A stretch of DNA of 64,000 bases, taken from the NCBI GenBank assembly GCA_963759085.1, contig CAVWXR010000011.1, positions 91,707-155,706 of the forward strand, read 5' to 3'. The stretch is from an uncultured Actinomycetes bacterium (GTDB lineage: Bacteria; Actinomycetota; Thermoleophilia; Gaiellales; Gaiellaceae). The position numbers were made by a program, and so were the translations under genes. Shown here in pieces: positions 27,913 through 35,140 of the stretch (the first letter of the stretch is position 1; every line of letters begins with the position of its first letter). Below the pieces are notes generated by a model. That model had not been told where the DNA came from. It made no database searches and worked only from the letters and a program-made list of their open reading frames with translations.

Positions 27913-29827
27913 GTGAAGGTCATCCTTCCCGACGCAACGGAGCTGGAGCTACCCGATGGTGCAAGCGGGCTTGACGCCGCACGCGCGATCGGCCCGAAGC
28001 TCGCCGAGCAGGCGGTGCTCGTGCGCGCAAACGGCGAGACCCAGGATCTCCGGGCCCCGCTGCCCGACGGGGCGAAGCTTCAGATCCTGACCACCCGCGA
28101 CAAGCAGGATCCGGACGCGCTCTACGTCCTGCGCCACTCGAGCGCCCACCTGCTCGCCGAAGCGGTCCGCAGGCTCTACCCCGGCGTGAAGATCGCGATC
28201 GGCCCGCCGATCGAGCAGGGGTTCTACTACGACTTCGAGTTCCCGGAGCCGATCAGCGAAGGGGATCTCGAGCAGATCGAGGCCGAGGTCGAACGCGAGC
28301 TCGCCGAAGGCCGCGAGTGGACGCGCGAGGAGATCACAGCCGACGAGGCCCGGGAGCGGTTCGCAGCCGAAGGCGAGCCCTACAAGGTCGAGCTCGTCGA
28401 CACCGCTACGGGCGCCGATCTCTCTCTACACGCAGTCCCACAACGGCCGCAGCGACTTCACCGACCTCTGCCGCGGCCCGCACCTCCAGACCTCCGCTCC
28501 GATCAAAGCCTTCAAGCTGACGAGCCTCGCGGGTGCCTACTGGCGCGGCGACGAGCACAACAAGCAGCTGACCCGGATCTACGGCACCGCCTTCTACTCC
28601 CAGGATGACCTCGATGCGTACCTCTCGCGCCTCGAGGAGGCGAGGAAGCGCGACCACCGCAAGCTCGGCGTGCAGCTCGACCTCTTCCACCTCGAAGAGG
28701 TCTCGCCGGGATCGCCGTTCTGGCATCCGAAGGGGATGGCGATCTGGAACACGCTCGAGGATGTCAGGCGAGGGGAGAACGCGCGCCGCGGCTACTCGGA
28801 GGTCAAGACGCCGCTAATCTACGACAAGGCGCTCTGGGAGACCTCGGGCCACTGGGAGAAGTTCCGCGAGCACATGTTCGTGATCCCGGGCGAGGATCAC
28901 ACCTACAGCATCAAGCCGATGAACTGCCCGGGTCACATGGTGCTCTTCGGCTCGCGGATGCGCAGCTACCGCGAGCTCCCGTTGCGGTTCGCGGAGGCCG
29001 CGCCGCTCCACCGCAACGAGCTTGCCGGCGCGCTGCACGGGCTGACCCGCGTCCGCCACGTCACCCAGGACGACGCGCACCTCTTCTGCGCTCGCGAGCA
29101 GATCGAGGAGGAGATCTTCGGCTGCCTCGACTACGCCACGTTCCTCTATGACCTCTTCGGCCTGGAGGCCCACTTCGAGCTCTCGACCCGCCCCGAGAAC
29201 CGTCTCGGCACCGACGAGGAGTGGGACTTCACCGAGGGCGCGCTGCGCTCGGCGCTCGAGCGACGCGGGATCGCGTACACGGTGAACGAGGGCGACGGCG
29301 CCTTCTACGGCCCGAAGATCGACCTGCACATGACCGACTCCCTCGAACGCTCCTGGCAGATGGGGACGATCCAGCTCGATTCGCAGATGCCGCAGCGATT
29401 CGGGCTCACCTTTGTCGGCGCCGACAACACCGAGCACACGCCGTACGTGATCCACCGGGCGCTCTTTGGATCGCTCGAGCGTTTCATCGGGATCCTCATC
29501 GAGCACTATGGCGGCGCCTTCCCGTTCTGGCTCGCGCCGGTGCAGGTACGCGTGATCCCGGTGGGCGAGGGAAACCGCGACAATGCCCGTGCCCTGGCCG
29601 CCAAGCTCGCCGACTACCGGGTCGAAGTCGACGTCTCAGACGACACCGTCGGCAAGCGAATCCGTAATGCCGAGCTGGACAAGATCCCCTTCGTAGTCGT
29701 CTACGGGGCCAAGGAGAGCGACGACTCGCTCGCGATCCGCGAGCATGGCGGTGAACAAACCACCCGGTCGCTGCCCGAACTGCTCGAGATGCTTGCTACG
29801 CTCATTCCCTGGCAAGCAGGGGCATAG
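27913..29827 (+). CDS. thrS: threonine--tRNA ligase, one apparent frameshift near 28414-28418
   Basis: The N-terminal part from GTG 27913 (VKVILPDATELELPDG, HSSAHLL) runs in frame 1 until ...VELVDTATGA. The sequence continues in frame 2 (ISLYTQSHNGRSDFTDLCRGPHLQ...FWHPKGM...HRALFGSLERFIG) to 29827. Confidence 0.9.
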
Positions 29828-29890
29828 CTGTCTCTCACCTCCCGGCCATCGGCCTCGGAGGTTCAACCGAACGGGTTGAGAACGGTGACT

Positions 29891-29920
29891 GCCGCTGCCT
29901 ACCAGCGGTTTTTTCATTTT
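29891..29920 (+). terminator. intrinsic terminator/attenuator between thrS and infC
   Basis: CCGCTG-CCTAC-CAGCGG hairpin (29892-29908), followed by TTTTTTCATTTT. Confidence 0.6.
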
Positions 29921-29954
29921 CCAAGGAGGACAACGAGAGCTTGGTGACAGCAAT

Positions 29955-30533
29955 TTGAGGCCGCGGCGAGGTTCGTGGGAACCGCCGCGCCGACCGGAGC
30001 CGCAGACGCGCATCAACGATGCGATTCGCGTCCCACGTGTGCGCCTGATCGACGAAAAGGGCGAACAGATGGGGGTGAAGACGTCAGACGAGGCCAGGGA
30101 GTACGCCTACAGCAAGGGCCTGGATCTCGTCGAAGTCGCGGCTCAGGCCGACCCGCCGGTCGCGCGGGTGATGGATTACGGCAAGTACCGCTACGAGCTG
30201 GAGCAGAAGGCGAAGGCCGCGCGGAAGAACCAGACCCAGATTCACGTCAAGGAGATCAAGCTCAGACCCAAGATCGGAATTCACGACTACGAGACCAAGA
30301 AAGGCCATGTCGTCCGCTTCCTGCACCAGCGGGCGAAGGTCAAGGTCACGATCATGTTCCGGGGCCGCGAGCGCGAGCATCCGGATCGCGGCCGTGATCT
30401 GCTGATGCGGCTCGCCGAGGAGATCAAGGATCTGGGGACGATCGAGACCCAGCCGCTGCTCGAGGGACGCAACATGACGATGGTGCTCGGCGCCGACGAA
30501 GAACGCAGGAGTCAAACGAGATGCCGAAAATGA
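29955..30533 (+). CDS. infC: translation initiation factor IF-3
   Basis: INDAIRVPRVRLIDEKGEQMGV...KEIKLRPKIGIHDYETK... The exact start is uncertain, since IF-3 genes often use unusual starts. Confidence 0.9.
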   Translation: MRPRRGSWEPPRRPEPQTRINDAIRVPRVRLIDEKGEQMGVKTSDEAREYAYSKGLDLVEVAAQADPPVARVMDYGKYRYELEQKAKAARKNQTQIHVKEIKLRPKIGIHDYETKKGHVVRFLHQRAKVKVTIMFRGREREHPDRGRDLLMRLAEEIKDLGTIETQPLLEGRNMTMVLGADEERRSQTRCRK

Positions 30534-30718
30534 AAACTCACTCGGGGGCCAAGAAGAAGTTCAAGGTGACCTCGACGGGGAAGCTCCTGCGGAGGAACGC
30601 GGGCCAGAGCCACAACTTCGAGAAGCAGTCCCCGGCGCAGAAGCGAGCGTTTAACAAAGACGTTCCGGTCGCGAAAGCGATGGTCAAGACCGTCAACCGG
30701 CTCCTCGGGAAGCGCTAA
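30521..30718 (+). CDS. rpmI: 50S ribosomal protein L35
   Basis: [21 protein letters not shown]...; 65 aa. Confidence 0.95.
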   Translation: MPKMKTHSGAKKKFKVTSTGKLLRRNAGQSHNFEKQSPAQKRAFNKDVPVAKAMVKTVNRLLGKR

Positions 30719-30720
30719 CC

Positions 30721-31095
30721 ATGGCTCGTGTCAAGCGATCGGTCAACGCGCGCAAGAAGCGGCGCAAGGTTCTCGAGCAAGCGAAGGGCTACTGGGGCCT
30801 CAAGAGCACCAACTACACCTATGCCAAGGAGCAGGTCGAGCACTCGCTCGTCTACGCCTACCGGGACCGCAAGAACAAGAAGCGGACGTTCCGGCGGCTC
30901 TGGATCATGCGCATCAACGCCGGCGCGCGGGCTCACGGGCTTTCGTACAATCAGTTCATCTCCGGGTTGAAGGCCGCGAACGTCGAGCTCGACCGCAAGG
31001 TGCTGTCCGACCTCGCGATCAACGATCCGGCGACGTTCGCAAGGCTCGCTCAGCAAGCGAAGAGCGCTGCGCCGATCAACAGCGGCAACGCCTGA
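30721..31095 (+). CDS. rplT: 50S ribosomal protein L20
   Basis: [26 protein letters not shown]...; 124 aa. Confidence 0.95.
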   Translation: MARVKRSVNARKKRRKVLEQAKGYWGLKSTNYTYAKEQVEHSLVYAYRDRKNKKRTFRRLWIMRINAGARAHGLSYNQFISGLKAANVELDRKVLSDLAINDPATFARLAQQAKSAAPINSGNA

Positions 31096-31096
31096 C

Positions 31097-31774
31097 CTGA
31101 TCACCTCGCGTGACAACGACACGCTGAAGCTCGTTCGCAAGCTGCACGAGCGGCGCTGGCGGGACAAGCTCGGGCTGTTCGTCTGCGAGGGAGAGGATCT
31201 CGTCTCGGCGGCAACGGCCGAGCCCGTCGAGTTGCTCGTCGCCGGGGAGAACGTCGAGGCGAAGCTGCTGGCGGAGGTGTCGACCGCCGCGCACCCACCG
31301 CGCGTGATCGGCGTCTTTCGGCGCGCCGATCTGCCCGCTGCGGTCCCGCGCCCGGTGACGCTCGCACTCTGGCGCGTCGCCGATCCCGGGAACCTCGGCA
31401 CCCTGATCCGCACCGCGGACGCGTTCGGCGCAGCCGTCGCGCTATCGGAGGGGTGCGCCGACCCAACGGGCCCGAAGGCCCTCCGCGCGTCGGCCGGCTC
31501 GATCTGGCGCGTGCCACTGCTGCCGTTCCCTGCAAGTAACACTGTGTTACTTGCAGGGAAGCGCGTGGCGCTCGTCGCCGCCGGTGGGGAGCCAATTGGG
31601 CAGGTGGATCTCGGCGGCGAGGTCTGCTTCCTGCTCGGGGCCGAGCGCGAGGGGCTGCCGGCGGAGGTCGCGCGAGACGTGGACGCCTGGATTCCGATCG
31701 CCGGCGCCGAGTCGCTGAACGTCGGCGTCGCCGGCGCGATCGCGCTCTACGAGTGGCGACGGCAGAATCCCTAG
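31097..31774 (+). CDS. TrmH/SpoU family RNA 2'-O-methyltransferase
   Basis: The track ORF starts at TTG 31232. The same frame upstream reads LITSRDNDTLKLVRKLHERRWRDKLGLFVCEGEDLV, a typical family N-terminus. No ATG/GTG/TTG is available there, so CTG 31097 or an indel is implied. C-terminal LLGAEREGLP, IPIAGAESLNVGVAGAIALYE. Confidence 0.75.
   Translation: MITSRDNDTLKLVRKLHERRWRDKLGLFVCEGEDLVSAATAEPVELLVAGENVEAKLLAEVSTAAHPPRVIGVFRRADLPAAVPRPVTLALWRVADPGNLGTLIRTADAFGAAVALSEGCADPTGPKALRASAGSIWRVPLLPFPASNTVLLAGKRVALVAAGGEPIGQVDLGGEVCFLLGAEREGLPAEVARDVDAWIPIAGAESLNVGVAGAIALYEWRRQNP
31526..31560. repeat. perfect 35-bp AT-rich palindrome inside the trmH-like CDS
   Basis: TTCCCTGCAAGTAACAC-T-GTGTTACTTGCAGGGAA: 17-nt arms, one central base, no mismatch. 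Translated in frame as FPASNTVLLAG(K). Confidence 0.95.
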
Positions 31775-31939
31775 ATGGTTGATCGGTGATTGGGGCGGTG
31801 TCGGGGATGGCCATGACCAAGCAGGGCGGTGGGATCGGCGGTGGTTCGCACCGGTGGGTGCGGGCCGCCGGCGAGCGTGCCGGCCTGCGCCGTGTCAGGG
31901 CCACCATCCGGCGCCGCCGGAATTACCGATCAACCATCT
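31773..31939. repeat. 167-bp element bounded by 19-bp terminal inverted repeats (MITE-like or long-stem RNA)
   Basis: AGATGGTTGATCGGTGATT (31773-31791) against the reverse complement of AATTACCGATCAACCATCT (31921-31939) matches at 18/19. It fills the trmH-like/MOSC intergenic gap. Confidence 0.5.
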
Positions 31940-31943
31940 GACG

Positions 31944-32693
31944 ATGGCCTCTGTCGCTCGGATCAACGTCACGCCGGTCAAGGGGCTAGGGCTTCAGCAT
32001 CCCGACGAGGTGGTACTGACCGGTGCTGGCGTCGAGGAGAACCGTCGCTTCTACCTCACGGCAGGGGGACGGATGTACAACGGCAAAGACTGCGGGCGGC
32101 TGGTGAGAGTCCAGCCGGTTCTCGAGGGCAACCAGCTCACGCTGCATTTCCCCGCCGGCGCCGTGGCGGAGGGAGAGATCGCGACCGGAGCCGCCGTGAC
32201 GACCGACTTCTGGGGCCGCGATGTGAGCGGTCACGTCGTCGAAGGCCCATGGGCGCGCGCGTTGTCCGAGTTCGCAGGCGAGGAGCTGCAGCTCGTCCGC
32301 GCCGACGAGCCCGGCACCGGCAGCGACGTCAGCGTCGGCACGCTCGTCGCGCGGGCCTCATGCGAGCGGCTTGGGCAGCAGCTGAGCGCAACGGTCGACC
32401 CGCGCCGCTTCCGGATGCTGCTCGAGCTCGACGGGGTCGAGGCACACGAGGAGGACACCTGGAGCGATCGGGTCGTTCGCGCCGGCGACGCGGTGTTGCT
32501 CGTCGGCGGGCCCGTGCCACGGTGCGTCGTCACGACCCAGGATCCCGACACGGGACTTGCGAACCTCGACACGCTGCGCGCCATCAAGGAGTACCGCGGC
32601 CTGCGCCGCGGCAAGGCGATCGACTTCGGCGTCTACTTCGACGTCGAGCAGCCGGGGCGCGTGCGCGTCGGCGACGCGGTCGATTTGATCTAG
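31944..32693 (+). CDS. MOSC domain-containing protein
   Basis: ATG 31944 (MASVARINVTPVKGLGLQ), RFRMLLELDG, PVPRCVVTTQDPDTG. Confidence 0.85.
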   Translation: MASVARINVTPVKGLGLQHPDEVVLTGAGVEENRRFYLTAGGRMYNGKDCGRLVRVQPVLEGNQLTLHFPAGAVAEGEIATGAAVTTDFWGRDVSGHVVEGPWARALSEFAGEELQLVRADEPGTGSDVSVGTLVARASCERLGQQLSATVDPRRFRMLLELDGVEAHEEDTWSDRVVRAGDAVLLVGGPVPRCVVTTQDPDTGLANLDTLRAIKEYRGLRRGKAIDFGVYFDVEQPGRVRVGDAVDLI

Positions 32694-32927
32694 CCCGAGG
32701 GCTTTGCCGCGGCTTTTTCCGCCTCGACCTTCGCGCTGAGGCGAGCGATGTACTCATTGATCATGCGCGTGCGCTCGTCAAACGCGGCTTGCTCAGCTGA
32801 GATCTTCTTCCTCTTCTTCCCCATTGTCATCCACCAGTTCCAGTCGGATTCGTTTCACGTCTTCACGGATGTCGGCGAGGATCGTCATCACGATCCTGAC
32901 CGCTTCGTCATCAACGGCAGGCTCCAC
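32690..32927 (-). CDS. one or two small helical ORFs (2 x 44 codons overlapping, or a single ~78-codon gene with an indel)
   Basis: Below the track cutoff and read by hand. GTG 32927 gives VEPAVDDEAVRIVMTILADIREDVKRIRLELVDDNGEEEEEDLS* (stop 32793). ATG 32824 gives MGKKRKKISAEQAAFDERTRMINEYIARLSAKVEAEKAAAKPSG* (stop 32690). The region is lower in GC. Confidence 0.35.
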
Positions 32928-32971
32928 TCAGAAATGATGCCGCGCGCTCTCCCGACCGGCAAGTGGCTCTT

Positions 32972-33265
32972 TCAGCCGGGTAGATAGCCGAGTCGCCGGC
33001 ACTGAGCAGCGGCCTCCGTCCGGCCGTCCTTGCTCGCGCAGAACGTCTTCGCCTTCCCGCCGCAGTAGCGAACGGTCGCACCGCCGACGGACGCGGGGAC
33101 GGTGAAGACGACGCAGCCGGCGTCCGAGTGCGCCGGCCTCGTGAGCGCGAAGATCACGCCGCCGACGATCGCGACGACCGCGACGCAGGCCATCACCGCG
33201 AGCACGCGCCGATCGTGGCTCCGCAACGGCACATTGACGCGATCCCACTGGCCTTCGGCGGGCAT
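32972..33265 (-). CDS. hypothetical membrane-anchored small protein
   Basis: 97 aa with one TM helix (VLAVMACVAVVAIVGGVIFAL) and four Cys in the extracytoplasmic part. Confidence 0.5.
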   Translation of the reverse strand: MPAEGQWDRVNVPLRSHDRRVLAVMACVAVVAIVGGVIFALTRPAHSDAGCVVFTVPASVGGATVRYCGGKAKTFCASKDGRTEAAAQCRRLGYLPG

Positions 33266-33274
33266 CGGACGAGT

Positions 33275-33970
33275 CTAAATAGCCCGACAGACCCAGATCG
33301 AGTCCTCGCCGCCGCGCCACGGTGCGCGGTCGAACCAGCCGTAGAGCGCGTCGACCACGAACCCCGACTCCTCGAGCAGCTCGCGCCACTCGGGGACCGA
33401 CAGCCACGCCAGGCTCAGCTCCGCCTCCGCGCCCTCGCCGCGGACGCGCAGGATCAGGGTCTGCTGCTCCTCGTTCCAGTCGGCGCGCTCGAAGATCCCC
33501 GGCTCGCGCTCGAGCCAGCGCGCATGCGTATCGGCGACGTCCTGGGCATCCGGCGTGAAGACGTCGAAGATGAACCGGCCGCCCGGAGCGAGCAGCCCGC
33601 GCACAGCTGCGAGCGCGGCCCGGCGGTCGGTGTCGGTCTGCATGTGCAGGAGCGAGCGGAAGGGAATGATCACGAGGGGAAACCTCCCCTCGATCGGCGG
33701 GTCGCGGAGATCGCCGAAGCGCAGGTCGAGCTGAACGGCAGCGAGCTCCGCTTGCTCTGCGGCGACCTCGAGCATCCCCCGCGAGGAGTCGACCCCGATC
33801 ACGCTGATCCCTTCGAGCGCGATCGGCACCGCGATCCGGCCGGTGCCGACGCCGAGCTCGACCACCGGGCCGCCCGAGCGGACGGCTTCCGAGACATAGA
33901 AGGCCACGTCCTCGGTGACCGTGCGCGACCACGGGTCGTAGATGCGCGCGATGCTGTCGTAGGCGGACAC
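33275..33970 (-). CDS. class I SAM-dependent methyltransferase
   Basis: GTG 33970 (VSAYDSIARIYD), motif I VVELGVGTGRIA. It is the C-terminal part of track ORF 33275-34342. Confidence 0.85.
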   Translation of the reverse strand: MSAYDSIARIYDPWSRTVTEDVAFYVSEAVRSGGPVVELGVGTGRIAVPIALEGISVIGVDSSRGMLEVAAEQAELAAVQLDLRFGDLRDPPIEGRFPLVIIPFRSLLHMQTDTDRRAALAAVRGLLAPGGRFIFDVFTPDAQDVADTHARWLEREPGIFERADWNEEQQTLILRVRGEGAEAELSLAWLSVPEWRELLEESGFVVDALYGWFDRAPWRGGEDSIWVCRAI

Positions 33971-34122
33971 CCCGGTAGACTGCCCGTTGTGAAGACGCTG
34001 GCTCGGTCGTTCCTGTTTACCCTGCCCCGGTTCGAGACCGGGGCAGCGGCGACCGCCGTCTGACCCACGCGTTCTCGGCCGGGGCCTGATCCGGAAAAGG
34101 GCAGCCCGCGAGCAAGGAGAAT

Positions 34123-35127
34123 GTGACACCGATGGACTGGAAGGAATACGAGGAAGAGGCGGTTCGCGCGACCGACGCGGCGTCGTCGAGTGCCGAGCTC
34201 GAGGAGGTTCGCGTCCAGTTCCTCGGCCGTAAGAGCCAGCTTGCGCTGAGCTTGCGCGAGGTGCGCGACAAGGAGACCGGCACGCTGCTGAACGGGATCC
34301 GCAGGCGGCTCGAGGCGGCGGTCGACGCACGCGAACGAGCACTCGCCGACGCGGAGCTCGACCGGCGCCTGCGCGAAGAGGTGATCGACGTCACGCTCCC
34401 GGGCGAGGAGCTGCCGCTCGGCCACCTGCACCCGATCACGCAGGTGCGGCGGATGGTCGAGGACGCCTTCCTCGGCCTGGGGTACGAGGTGCGCGACGAC
34501 CGTGAGGTCGAGACGGTCGAGTTCAACTTCGACAAGCTCGCCTTCGGCCCGACGCATTCGGCCAGGTCACCGCGGGACACGTTCTTCTTCGACGAGACGC
34601 ACGTCCTGCGCACCGAGACGAGCCCGTCGCAGATCCACATCCTCGAGGAGAAGGAGCCGCCGATCTACATGGTCTCGATCGGGCGCGTCTACCGGCGGGA
34701 TGCGATCACGGCGACGCGGTACCCGATCTTCCATCAGTTCGAAGGGCTTGCCGTGGACCGCGGTTTGACCCTCGCAGACTTGAAGGGAACGCTGCTGCAC
34801 GTGATGCGGCAGCTCTACGGCCCCGATCGGAAGGTGCGCTTCCGGACGCACTTCTTCCCGTTCACCGAGCCCTCGATCGAGCCGGACGTCTCGTGCGGGA
34901 TCTGCGGCGGCTCCGGCTGCCGCACGTGCAAGTTCTCGGGCTGGATCGAGATGGGCGGCGCCGGCATGGTCGACCCACGCGTGTTCGAGAACGTCGGCCT
35001 CGATCCCGAGCAGTGGAGCGGGTTCGCGTTCGGTTGCGGCCTCGAGCGGACGGCCCAGCTGCGCCACTTCATTCCCGACATCCGCGCTCTTTGGGAGGGG
35101 GACCTCCGGGTGCTCCGCCAATTCTGA
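34123..35127 (+). CDS. pheS: phenylalanine--tRNA ligase alpha subunit
   Basis: FGPTHSARSPRDTFF, FEGLAVD, GWIEMGGAGMV, AFGCGLERTA. Confidence 0.95.
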   Translation: MTPMDWKEYEEEAVRATDAASSSAELEEVRVQFLGRKSQLALSLREVRDKETGTLLNGIRRRLEAAVDARERALADAELDRRLREEVIDVTLPGEELPLGHLHPITQVRRMVEDAFLGLGYEVRDDREVETVEFNFDKLAFGPTHSARSPRDTFFFDETHVLRTETSPSQIHILEEKEPPIYMVSIGRVYRRDAITATRYPIFHQFEGLAVDRGLTLADLKGTLLHVMRQLYGPDRKVRFRTHFFPFTEPSIEPDVSCGICGGSGCRTCKFSGWIEMGGAGMVDPRVFENVGLDPEQWSGFAFGCGLERTAQLRHFIPDIRALWEGDLRVLRQF

Positions 35128-35140
35128 TGAGGGGCCAGTC

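Noticed and set aside
31779-31943. N-terminal extension of the MOSC gene (track ORF starts at TTG 31779).
   Set aside because: The extension is Gly/Arg/Trp-rich with no similarity to MOSC N-termini, and it coincides with the inverted-repeat element. MOSC proteins begin as at ATG 31944 (…INVTPVKGL).
34022-34046. Possible tRNA, because of a GGTTCGAGACC T-arm-like hairpin.
   Set aside because: No complementary acceptor stem, D-arm or anticodon arm can be built from the flanking sequence.
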